A DNA stretch of 64,000 bases from IMG/VR virus record IMGVR_UViG_3300045995_000473. One strand, written 5' to 3'. Below, one piece after another: positions 44,492 to 53,908 of this stretch; positions within the stretch are counted from its first letter, which is position 1; each line of letters opens with the position of its first letter. The notes below the pieces were generated by a model that ran no database searches, was not told the DNA's origin, and saw only the letters and a list, made by a program, of their open reading frames with translations. The DNA comes from a virus. Both the position numbers and the translations under genes were made by a program.

Positions 44492-44956
44492 TTAAAAAAC
44501 TACCGGCACAGAGGGCGCGGCTTCATTGCATAAATACTTGATTTCAAATTTAAGCTTGGCGACTACAGTCGGTGTTTCTCCGGTAAAGTCGTCAAGAATT
44601 TCCGTTCCGACCATCGCAACATCACGTGCCAGACCGCCTAGATTCCTGTCAGCCATCATGGCCTGCTCGACTTGCAGTGAAATAGCATCAACTGCATCCT
44701 CTACATCGAAGCTAGTGCGGGTAATCGCATCCACCTCAAACTGAACTGATCGCAGCACAATGCGCGATTCAGATTCGTGATCGTTTAAGCTACTTTTATT
44801 GCCAAATGAATCACCAACAGTCGTAAGTCGCAAAGCTGGTAGTTGATCGCTTGCCAACGGATTACCGCGACCAAAAACATTTGCCCCGGTGATCGATAAA
44901 CCAGTCAGCCTGCTCTTTACTGCATCGCGGATCTGTTTACGCAAATGATCGGACAT
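44492..44956 (-). CDS. Tail terminator (copy 2)
   Basis: Copy of 6433-6897. Confidence 0.6.
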   Translation of the reverse strand: MSDHLRKQIRDAVKSRLTGLSITGANVFGRGNPLASDQLPALRLTTVGDSFGNKSSLNDHESESRIVLRSVQFEVDAITRTSFDVEDAVDAISLQVEQAMMADRNLGGLARDVAMVGTEILDDFTGETPTVVAKLKFEIKYLCNEAAPSVPVVF

Positions 44957-45240
44957 CAGGATTTCTCCAACGGTAAAACAAGCATCCCGTAACCATCCGG
45001 CTGTACGGTCGTTATTTTGTAATTAACTCCGCGTACCGTTACGGAATCGCCACGCTTAACACCAGAAAATTCAGTTGCAATCACCGTCAGCGCAGGCTTA
45101 TTTCCTTCGACCATACTGAGCGGCTCAAGATAGGTAAGGTCAAACTTGGCAGAAATCGGCAAGCCTTTCCATTGCACAATCTCACCAAGATGCTTCGCGG
45201 AAACTGAATTCACGCGAGATTCCAGCGCAGCGAAGCTCAT
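44956..45240 (-). CDS. Head-tail joining protein (copy 2)
   Basis: Copy of 6897-7181. Confidence 0.6.
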   Translation of the reverse strand: MSFAALESRVNSVSAKHLGEIVQWKGLPISAKFDLTYLEPLSMVEGNKPALTVIATEFSGVKRGDSVTVRGVNYKITTVQPDGYGMLVLPLEKS

Positions 45241-45246
45241 GGCCTA

Positions 45247-45852
45247 TTACGCAGAGATCACGCCGAATGTACGCAGCTTTGCTAGGATTGCGTTGATCTT
45301 TCCCTTGTTTGCATTGGACAGCGCAACGGCTGATGCAAGGTCTGTTGCGTTAGCTGTTGCAATATCCGCTTCAGCCGCTTGCGGGCCTTCGGATGCGTCA
45401 GTCACTGCCTCGTTAAGTACTACACGAGCGGTGGTATCACCGTTTACTTTAGCCACTTCCAGCACACCGATCAGGATGCCGACCGTACCGTCTGTATCAA
45501 CGCGCTTGTTTGTGTCATCCCAATACGCCTTTACGCCTTGGGAACCGGTCGCGGTGGATAGTGCAGTCAGATCAAATACGCCGCATCGTGCGAACGGGCC
45601 TGCTACACCGTTGGCCAAGTCGTTGATGGCAACACCAAAGATGCTACCTACTTGCGCGCCGTCTCCGGAGCTGACTGCATAGGGTGCGGTCAGGTCAAGC
45701 ACGTCACCTTCATGGATGTAGTTCGCCGCCATGCCAACGCCGACAAAACCAAGCGCTGAGCTGGAGCCAGCATCCCAACCCATTGCCGTTGCGATGCCTG
45801 TAAAAGCCAAGCCAGCTAAAAGTGCTAGGCAAATCAATACTAATTTTTTCAT
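45247..45852 (-). CDS. DUF2190-like capsid accessory protein (copy 2)
   Basis: Copy of 7188-7793. Confidence 0.7.
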   Translation of the reverse strand: MKKLVLICLALLAGLAFTGIATAMGWDAGSSSALGFVGVGMAANYIHEGDVLDLTAPYAVSSGDGAQVGSIFGVAINDLANGVAGPFARCGVFDLTALSTATGSQGVKAYWDDTNKRVDTDGTVGILIGVLEVAKVNGDTTARVVLNEAVTDASEGPQAAEADIATANATDLASAVALSNANKGKINAILAKLRTFGVISA

Positions 45853-45909
45853 TTCGTTCTCCAATATTTAGTTTCGGTCAGGCGGCGTTTAGTACGCCGC
45901 TATCACGGA

Positions 45910-47940
45910 TTAACCTGCGTAGGCGTTCTTTGCCAGTGTGCGGTGGTCCAGCGCTTTGACTGCCGCATCCAGACGCACCTTGAACTCCACGCCGTCGATG
46001 TCCCAGCCGCCCTGCTGCTCCAGCGTCGGGGTACTAATTCCGTCAAGGTAGCTGACTTCTATGGTGTCGTGCATCGCCGGGTTGGCACAGCCGAACCAGT
46101 TGGTCGAGCTGGATGTGTCCAAACGTGCATCTTCGATGACTTCGAAGGTGCCACGTACGCTGTTTGGTGTAGTCTTGTCATTATTGGCGCCGACCTCAAA
46201 TTCAGAGTTTGCCACCACGCGAGCTGTACCGCCCAGCGCCACAGGAACCAGCAGCTTGGCCAGCTTTAAGTTCAGCGCACCGCCGCCTGCAGTCTGCTTA
46301 GCCATCGCCACGCGCATCGCATCGACCGATGCGGTACTAATTGCGGCTGCGGTCGGCAGGTTGTTATGACCGGAATGGAACAGCGCCTTGCCGTCTTGCA
46401 TGGTCGGGTTGCTCGTTAGGATGGCATAGACAAGATCACCTACCGTGCGGATCGCGGCACGACCCATGCCAAGCGGTATCTTGCTAAATGCATCAAGGTC
46501 ATCATTGATGATGGCCTGACGGGTCAGCATGAACTTGCGGCCATAGGTCGCCAGTTGCACAGTCTCACCACGCTCGCCAACAGTGGCAAACTTGTACTCA
46601 GCGCCTTCCTTTACCTCAAGGAGCGTGGGGAAGTCGTTCAGACCAACGCGACGGCCTGCCTTGAAATCGGTCAGCGTGCCAATTGATGTCCACAACTGGA
46701 AGGTCTCTTCAGCCTCTTCGTATCCTTTGAGCATGGCCTTCTCTGCCACATTCGCCAGCAGTAGCGGGAAGTCGCTGGTAGAAGTAAATGCAGCGGCTAC
46801 CACTTCCAGCTTGCTCTTACCGCGCACATCCACATGTTCGGCTGACAGACATTCGCGGGCCATATCCATCAGTGAATAGCCACGGAACTGGTTGGCACGG
46901 TCATCCTTTGCCAAATTAGCACGCGCCATGATGGCGGACTGCATACCGGCGCGGGCTTTCTCGCGATCGCCTTCCAGCATTACGATGTGCGTGCCGGCGA
47001 TTGGTGATGCGCCTTTGCCCAGATGCGCGAGCAGCTTGGCATTAGCGTCCTGCACAGAACAGCTTATGTCATTTTCGCAAGCGGACTGTACTTCGCCGAT
47101 ACCAGCAATGGTGCTGAATTTGGCAAAGGTGGCCTTTATCTCGGTGCGGCGAGCCGCATCGGCAACCAGCGCAGCATTTGCGGCGGCCTTGATTTGTTCG
47201 TCGGTTGCGGCAGCAATTGATGCAGGTGCCGCCGGTTGATTTGCTCCGGGCATAACGGTCTCCTTGGAGGTTGGTGCGGCGGCTGCCGCGATTACATTGC
47301 CGGAAACGCCCGGCAAGGACTTAAACCGCGCAGCCAAAGCGGCGCGATCAAAACTGGCGGCCATGGGCATGGCCTGAATGATAGAAGTGACAAAGTTTTC
47401 AGCGAGTGCCTGTTCGGCGGTGTACCAGTGGTCTTCACCATCAGTGAGCAGTGCCAGCATGGCTTCAGTTGTCTGTCCGCTCTTCGCGGCGTAACTGGTA
47501 GACATTGCTTGTGCCCAGGTATCAAGCATGTCAGCAAATTCACGCAAATCAGCGCTATTTCCTGACGCATAACCCCACGGCGCATGAATCATCATCAGCG
47601 CGTTTTCGGCCATCTCGACCGTATCGCCTGCCATAGCAATCAGGCTAGCGATACTGGCGGCGATGCCATCGATCACAATAGTAGTTACAGCTTTGTGGCG
47701 CTTGATGCTGTTATAGATAGCGATACCATCGGAAACAGAACCGCCAAATGAGTTGATGCGGATGGTGATCTGCTCGACATCGAGTGCGGAAATTTCGCGC
47801 ACAAAGTCGCTGGCAACGACAGAATCTCCGTACCAGCTTTCGCCGATGTCGCCATAGATCAGCACTTCAGCCGATTTCACGCCTTGCGCGGCAGCGCGAG
47901 CGCGGATGCTGTACCATTTTTGTGAATTTGCTTGCGGCAT
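45910..47940 (-). CDS. ClpP protease-major capsid fusion (copy 2)
   Basis: Copy of 7851-9881. Confidence 0.9.
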   Translation of the reverse strand: MPQANSQKWYSIRARAAAQGVKSAEVLIYGDIGESWYGDSVVASDFVREISALDVEQITIRINSFGGSVSDGIAIYNSIKRHKAVTTIVIDGIAASIASLIAMAGDTVEMAENALMMIHAPWGYASGNSADLREFADMLDTWAQAMSTSYAAKSGQTTEAMLALLTDGEDHWYTAEQALAENFVTSIIQAMPMAASFDRAALAARFKSLPGVSGNVIAAAAAPTSKETVMPGANQPAAPASIAAATDEQIKAAANAALVADAARRTEIKATFAKFSTIAGIGEVQSACENDISCSVQDANAKLLAHLGKGASPIAGTHIVMLEGDREKARAGMQSAIMARANLAKDDRANQFRGYSLMDMARECLSAEHVDVRGKSKLEVVAAAFTSTSDFPLLLANVAEKAMLKGYEEAEETFQLWTSIGTLTDFKAGRRVGLNDFPTLLEVKEGAEYKFATVGERGETVQLATYGRKFMLTRQAIINDDLDAFSKIPLGMGRAAIRTVGDLVYAILTSNPTMQDGKALFHSGHNNLPTAAAISTASVDAMRVAMAKQTAGGGALNLKLAKLLVPVALGGTARVVANSEFEVGANNDKTTPNSVRGTFEVIEDARLDTSSSTNWFGCANPAMHDTIEVSYLDGISTPTLEQQGGWDIDGVEFKVRLDAAVKALDHRTLAKNAYAG

Positions 47941-48012
47941 GTGTTACTCCTCAGTCGGTACGGTAGTTTGCTAGGGTCAGAGTCTCATTTACAGGGGAAA
48001 ATGAGACTATTT

Positions 48013-49545
48013 TCAAACGGTATGGTCTGGCGGTGCGGGAGAGGCTGCGACCGCCTTCTCGTTTGCTAAATCAGATCCGAATATCAGCTTTCTTTCTTTC
48101 ACATCCTTACGAAATGCAGCGATCTGCTCCAGTACATCGCGCGGATTCGCCCCGCGTTTTCTCATTACTTCCACCTCGGAAGCAAAGCCGTCTTGCACCA
48201 GCTGATGCCAGGCGTTCGCTTCCTTGAGCGGATCGATCCACGGCATCGATTGCGCAACGAATAACGCATCATCTTCGCTATGCTGTTCAATGTCAGTCGG
48301 CATACGTACTACGCCGGACAGGTGCGCGGCCAGCACGAACTGCTGCCAGACTGGCTGCACAAACTGGCCGACGAATTCATCGGTCAGTACGGCGTAATGG
48401 ATCCACTGCTCGACCAGCTCCTGACGCTGCGCGGAATAGGTGCCGTTATAATCGCGTGAAATGCTGGAGTAGCTGCCGCCCAGCCCAGCAGCGACGGCGC
48501 GTAACTGGCCTTGCCGGAAGGTGACGACGTTTGGATTTGGACGGTTTGAGTCGATCAGACCAATCTCTTCGCCAATGCCAAGGTTATCGATGATCGTTCC
48601 GGGAGACAGTGACAATTCACGCGGTAAGGCATTGCCGCTGGCATCCCGCTCGGTTGAGTTAGCTGGATCGTATAAATCTGGTGAGCCTTTTTTTACATAA
48701 GCCGTCAGTGCGGCGGCGATCTTTGCCGCTATGCGCTCGGATTCTTCGTAGTCCTTGATGTCTTCCAGCCGGGTAATCACGCTTGCAAATTCCGACACGC
48801 CGCGCATCTGGCCGATGCGGTCTATCGAGGCTAGTTGCAACATGCGCGACGCGTCTATCAGCTTCAGGTCATTGGTCTGGGTGAGCGATACACGGTCATT
48901 TGGGAAAGTCTTCCAGACATAATAGCCGGTCGGTTTTCCCCAGGTATTGCGCTGGATTCCCTGGCTGATATTTTTCCCCAAGTCGTCATAACCCATAGGG
49001 ATCATGTCTGCCTCAAACATCTCCAGCGAAAACGGCACGCGTGAACCGTGATCCAAAAACTGCACCGGCCCGGTCAGCGACTGGGTAAATACCTCACCGT
49101 CACGCAGCCAGCTTTTCGCCATCATGCGCTGAACCTTCGACCAGTGATGACGCTGTGTTACTTCTGGGCATAAACACCAATCGCGCCAGGAATCGCGCAG
49201 CGCCTTGGCATAGTCGTCGTTGATGCTGCCATCCTTGCGACGCGGTTGCGGCTCGATACCGATACCGTTTGGCCCGACAACATTGTTGACCAGCGTGCGC
49301 AGTGCGCCACGCGCGATGTCATGATTCTGTTCCAGGTTACGCGCCAGCGTTCGTAGTGCGACGGCGCCTTGACGGACTTGCAAATCAGGAGAGCGCTGAT
49401 CTTTGGCAAATTTGCGCAGGCGTGACGGCTGTGCGGCTTCATACTGGTTCAGCACGCGGCGCGCGCTGATGCGTTTCAGACCGGCGGATGGGTTGAAAAA
49501 TGAAACGAGTTTATCGAAGGGATTCAGTTTGGCGTGTTGTGGCAT
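48013..49545 (-). CDS. Portal protein (copy 2)
   Basis: Copy of 9954-11486. Confidence 0.92.
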   Translation of the reverse strand: MPQHAKLNPFDKLVSFFNPSAGLKRISARRVLNQYEAAQPSRLRKFAKDQRSPDLQVRQGAVALRTLARNLEQNHDIARGALRTLVNNVVGPNGIGIEPQPRRKDGSINDDYAKALRDSWRDWCLCPEVTQRHHWSKVQRMMAKSWLRDGEVFTQSLTGPVQFLDHGSRVPFSLEMFEADMIPMGYDDLGKNISQGIQRNTWGKPTGYYVWKTFPNDRVSLTQTNDLKLIDASRMLQLASIDRIGQMRGVSEFASVITRLEDIKDYEESERIAAKIAAALTAYVKKGSPDLYDPANSTERDASGNALPRELSLSPGTIIDNLGIGEEIGLIDSNRPNPNVVTFRQGQLRAVAAGLGGSYSSISRDYNGTYSAQRQELVEQWIHYAVLTDEFVGQFVQPVWQQFVLAAHLSGVVRMPTDIEQHSEDDALFVAQSMPWIDPLKEANAWHQLVQDGFASEVEVMRKRGANPRDVLEQIAAFRKDVKERKLIFGSDLANEKAVAASPAPPDHTV

Positions 49546-49546
49546 A

Positions 49547-49807
49547 TCAGTTCCTACCAAACGAATCGCGGCGAACTGGTGCGTTGTTGAAACTCGCCAC
49601 CGATACTGATAGCCCACCGATTCCTGCTGCGCGGTTGAGTTTGGCAACTTCACTGGCGGCGCGGCGCTCCCACTCCAGACGACCGGAACGAATCGCGCCC
49701 AGGTCTTCCATTTTCAGCATACGGTCGCCGAAGCGAACCTCTTTCCCTTCCAGTAGGGCGGATTCAGCAGTCAGATACTTGGCCAGCATGTCGGTAGCGG
49801 TGCTCAT
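49547..49807 (-). CDS. gpW-like head completion protein (copy 2)
   Basis: Copy of 11488-11748. Confidence 0.65.
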   Translation of the reverse strand: MSTATDMLAKYLTAESALLEGKEVRFGDRMLKMEDLGAIRSGRLEWERRAASEVAKLNRAAGIGGLSVSVASFNNAPVRRDSFGRN

Positions 49808-49879
49808 TCGGGAATCCTGTTGATTACAAGTTCGCCGAATTTAGTCGTGCTGGAGTCTCATTTACAGGGGAAAATGAGA

Positions 49880-50137
49880 CTATTTTTTATGCTGTGTAGT
49901 CTTGATTCTAGAAAACTCCACATCAGTTCGGATCACAATCTGATCCCTCGTGATAAATTTCGTCGGTTCCGGAATTTTTGTCCCCGCTTCGGTATTATTT
50001 TCGCAGGCGTAAAAAGTTGGCGAGCCATGCATGCCGTTGCGAATCTATTGAGCCATTATTTCAGTACCGAAGGCGGCGCAACATTCATCGATAAAGGCTG
50101 CGACGGTAGGCATTAAATCGCGCAGCGGCTTACTCAT
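49880..50137 (-). pseudogene. TAG-interrupted paralogue (copy 2)
   Basis: Copy of 11821-12078; same TAG present. Confidence 0.75.
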
Positions 50138-50406
50138 CAACCACCTTTCAAATAACGATAAAACTGCGCCTTGCCAATGCCGTGCTTGCGGCACACCTCT
50201 GCCCGGTTGCGCCCGTCAAATTCGCGCAGCACCGATTCGCGCCGGGAGTCCCTGTCTAGCTTTGCGATATACACGGACTGCCCGCCGAAGTCGCTGCGGA
50301 TCTGCTTCTCGATCTGTTCGGCGATATTTTCGGTAAACGAGTTTTCTGCCAGCGTATGCCGTAAAGCTGAAATTATGGTTTTTATCAGGTCGTCGCAGCA
50401 GTTCAT
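50137..50406 (-). CDS. Mor-like activator (copy 2)
   Basis: Copy of 12078-12347. Confidence 0.65.
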   Translation of the reverse strand: MNCCDDLIKTIISALRHTLAENSFTENIAEQIEKQIRSDFGGQSVYIAKLDRDSRRESVLREFDGRNRAEVCRKHGIGKAQFYRYLKGG

Positions 50407-52385
50407 TTAAATCCTCTCCATCCTTCTTTTACGAATTTGCTGCGCGGCACGGCCGGCTTTGGCGGCGATTTTTCTGAAGGCGTCTGCACTACTGGAATTC
50501 CGGACGCGATGATCTGATCCAGCGACGCCTCTACTTTTGCCACTTTGTATTCCCGTTCTAGCATCGCCGCCAGCCGCGCCCAGTATTTCGGGTCAGGGCG
50601 ACCGGTGCGGCCACGCCCGAGATTGATGTCGCGATGCTGTCCGATGGCCCAGGCATAAACGCAGGTATCGAGCGGCTCATTGCGCTTGTGCTTTTGTCCC
50701 AGGCGCGGGATATAGCGTTTCTTGTCCGGGTCGTATACCTCCGAGAGCAGACCGTCGTAGTATTCCGGCTCCAGCCCCTGCGGAAAGTTAAAGATGCATT
50801 CGCTTTGCTGACGCTCGCCGTCCGCGCCTAGGTTGGCGAAGATGAAATCCTTGCAGTGCTCTGTGCCGACGTTCCACAACATGTAGCCGGACTTGATGAC
50901 CTTGCCGGTTTTGGTCTTGGTTGGACTGCTCCCGCTGGTGGCAATAGCGCGGCCGATTCGATTAGTTGCACCCTGAACTGAGTACACGGGGATTTTGTGC
51001 GTGCCGCGCATCACAAAATCTTTTACCTGCTCGCTACGGTGGCCACGGCTGTCGATGCCGGCGGCGCGGATGCGCATCTCGCGCCCATAACTGTTGATGC
51101 GCGGCATGTGCAGCCAGGCTTGCAGTTCGTCCCACACCTGCGGGCTGGTGGTATCGCCCTGTATCTCGATCCAGTCCACGATCCACAGGCGCGGCTGTGC
51201 GTCCGGAGTGGCAGGTGCGCCCCAGCCCAACAGTGTGACAGCCAGCCATTTATCCTGTGTGTCGATGCCGGCGGTAAGCGCGAGGCAGCCGGGCGGAATG
51301 ACGCCGCGCCCGTGTTCGCCAGCGCGCTTCGACAGCTCATTCGGCTTGAGTTTGTCGGTCTGGTCTTCCCACGCTTCGCCCAGATTCTGGTTGATGAAGG
51401 TCTTTAGTGATTGCGGATCTTTGTGTACACGCTTGAATTGCAGCACCAGATCGAGCCAGGATGGGCCGAGGCCGATAGGCGCATACAGCGCGCTGATGTG
51501 GTAGCTACGCACACGGCGATCCGGATGTTCGGCGATCCAGATACCGCCTTCCAGCATCGCGGGCTTGTGATGCTCATCAATGATGCAGCCCTGCTCGCAG
51601 ATGTATTGCGCGGCAGTGAGCGCAGTGTTGCTGCGCACATGTGACCAGCTCAATACCTGCCGTTCGCCGCAATGCGGGCAATGTATATGGTAGCGGCGCA
51701 TGTCACCCGTCTCATAGCCGCGCTCGATCAGCGAAGCGCCCTTAATCGTCGGTGTGCTGGCGAACAGTAGCTTGTGGCGCATGAAAGATTTCACCCGGGA
51801 GCGCGCCAACTCTACTGGGTCGCCCTCTTCGCCAATCTGCGCTGGGAATCGGTCAAGATCGTCCATCATCAGGTTGCGCACCGACTTTTGCGCGTAGCTA
51901 TTGGGCGAATTTCCGCCCGCCAGGAACAGGATGCCGCCGGGAAAATCGATCAACTCCTTGCTGTGCGCCGCATCGCGTGAGCGCAGCCCGCCCAGCAGGT
52001 CGCGGATGCAGGCTGTGTCGGTCAGCAGCGGATTGAGCTTCTGCACCTTCCACGTATCGCGCGCCTCCAGGGTCGGCATCAGTACCATCACCGGTCCGGG
52101 CGCGTAATCCATCGTATAGCCCAGCCAGTTGACTGACATTTCAGTGACGCCGACCTGTGAGCTTTTCATGACCCACACCTCACGAACCGGTGAGTGCAGC
52201 GAAAGTGCATCCTGAATCTCGCGCAGCATCGGGTTGCGTGCCGTGCGCCAGCGCCCTACTTCGCCGCTGCCTTTGCTGGACAGCATGCGGTGATTGTCCG
52301 CCCACTGCGAAACGGTGAGACGGCCGCGCGGGCGCACACCCTTTGCGGCGGCGGCCGACATGATGTGGCGGGCAGATAGGGTCAT
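50403..52385 (-). CDS. Terminase large subunit (copy 2)
   Basis: Copy of 12344-14326. Confidence 0.95.
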   Translation of the reverse strand: MTLSARHIMSAAAAKGVRPRGRLTVSQWADNHRMLSSKGSGEVGRWRTARNPMLREIQDALSLHSPVREVWVMKSSQVGVTEMSVNWLGYTMDYAPGPVMVLMPTLEARDTWKVQKLNPLLTDTACIRDLLGGLRSRDAAHSKELIDFPGGILFLAGGNSPNSYAQKSVRNLMMDDLDRFPAQIGEEGDPVELARSRVKSFMRHKLLFASTPTIKGASLIERGYETGDMRRYHIHCPHCGERQVLSWSHVRSNTALTAAQYICEQGCIIDEHHKPAMLEGGIWIAEHPDRRVRSYHISALYAPIGLGPSWLDLVLQFKRVHKDPQSLKTFINQNLGEAWEDQTDKLKPNELSKRAGEHGRGVIPPGCLALTAGIDTQDKWLAVTLLGWGAPATPDAQPRLWIVDWIEIQGDTTSPQVWDELQAWLHMPRINSYGREMRIRAAGIDSRGHRSEQVKDFVMRGTHKIPVYSVQGATNRIGRAIATSGSSPTKTKTGKVIKSGYMLWNVGTEHCKDFIFANLGADGERQQSECIFNFPQGLEPEYYDGLLSEVYDPDKKRYIPRLGQKHKRNEPLDTCVYAWAIGQHRDINLGRGRTGRPDPKYWARLAAMLEREYKVAKVEASLDQIIASGIPVVQTPSEKSPPKPAVPRSKFVKEGWRGFK

Positions 52386-52852
52386 GGCTATCCTTGCTGG
52401 TTGATCATGTTGACAACCTTCCGAATGGAGTGGCGTATAAAGGTGGAAGCCAACCTTGCTAGAATGGCTGTACCACTACATCCATTTTTCACAAGGCGAC
52501 TTCCATGAAACAAAATCCACACCCACAACTGATGAGCATGATCAAGGAAAGCGGTGGACGGCTGACACTGCCCTACTACACCTTGAAAAATTTTTACTTT
52601 AAGAAAGGATGGGATGAGCTGACGGCGTGGGCTGGCGAGCATGGCGTTAAGATCTTTCCGAATCGCGTTCCACAAAGTCTGGATGACCCCGTTCGTCTTT
52701 CATTGTAAGCCAGCGCAGGCCAAGGCTTTCGATGAACGACCGAACTTCAACTTCGGTTACGTCTTCACGATGCAGGCTGCGAAATGTGGTGTATTGCGCG
52801 TTGGTCAGAATCACGCCGCGAATCTCGAAACTAGATGGCTGATCGTCGTGCT

Positions 52853-53377
52853 TCATTCTGCTTTTCCCCATTTTAAAATCTTGTCCGCCAGATCCGTCAG
52901 CACCTGCTCGAACGACTCCACCAGCAGGGCGCGCACCGCTTCGGTATCGCTGAGCGGCACCAGCTCAGGCGCGAGACGGTCCGGCAATATCTCCAGTGCA
53001 GCGCGAAACGATGCAGCCAGGTCGGCGGCGAACAGCCGCGCTTCTTCGGCATCCACTAGCTTGTTGATCAGCTTCTCATATTCAGCCTTTGCGGTAAGTG
53101 CCTTATATTTTTCATTGACGGCCTTTGAGGTCTGGTAGCTGTCACCGATGTGAGTTTCATTATGAGCAGCCGACGCTTGCTGCTGATCGTTTTTAGTCGT
53201 CTCTGCTGCGTTGCGACTTGGATCAGATGTTTCCGTAATTAGCGATTTCGATTTTTCAACATCAACCGATCCATCTGCCGTCATTACCAGCCGCCCAGCT
53301 TGTTTCAGCCGAGTGATGTAACTCTTATCCTTGCCGAGTAGCTTGGCAAATTCGGCCTGACTGACAAAATTACTCAT
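52853..53377 (-). CDS. Terminase small subunit (copy 2)
   Basis: Copy of 14794-15318. Confidence 0.8.
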   Translation of the reverse strand: MSNFVSQAEFAKLLGKDKSYITRLKQAGRLVMTADGSVDVEKSKSLITETSDPSRNAAETTKNDQQQASAAHNETHIGDSYQTSKAVNEKYKALTAKAEYEKLINKLVDAEEARLFAADLAASFRAALEILPDRLAPELVPLSDTEAVRALLVESFEQVLTDLADKILKWGKAE

Positions 53378-53631
53378 TTTCGCTCTCTTTTCACTGAATC
53401 ATTCTTGACTGATGGTCGGATCACCATATCCACACCAGTTATGCACTTAGTTGGCTCGGGCTCTTTTGTTCCGATCTCAATACCATTTTCACTAGCCCAA
53501 AAACTGGGCAAACCATTTACTCCAAGCCGAATCGATTTGTTGATGACATCAATACCAAACGCTGCACGACACTCATCAATAAAAGCTGTCGTGGCAGGCA
53601 TATCAGCGCGGAGATTTAAAGGTTTTGCCAT
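53374..53631 (-). CDS. Hypothetical phage protein (copy 2)
   Basis: Copy of 15315-15572. Confidence 0.7.
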   Translation of the reverse strand: MAKPLNLRADMPATTAFIDECRAAFGIDVINKSIRLGVNGLPSFWASENGIEIGTKEPEPTKCITGVDMVIRPSVKNDSVKRERK

Positions 53632-53640
53632 AGTTAAAAT

Positions 53641-53906
53641 CTGTCCTACTTGTCCTATATGTCCGCGATCATCAAAAAACGCTGCAAGCCCCGTATTTAT
53701 TAACTGTCCTACTTGTCCTATATGTCCGCGATAAAATATACGTATGCGCGCGAGATATATGTGTGCGGCTATGCTCCAATTTCACATACGCACATACGCA
53801 CATGCGCGATATATCGCGGACATCGCGAACATCGCGGACAGCCGCTAATTTGTTGGCTTGCAGGTGTCCGCGATATAGCGGACATATTAGAAATTAACGC
53901 GGACAC
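53641..53906. repeat. Iteron-like array (copy 2)
   Basis: Copy of 15582-15847. Confidence 0.65.
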
Positions 53907-53908
53907 GC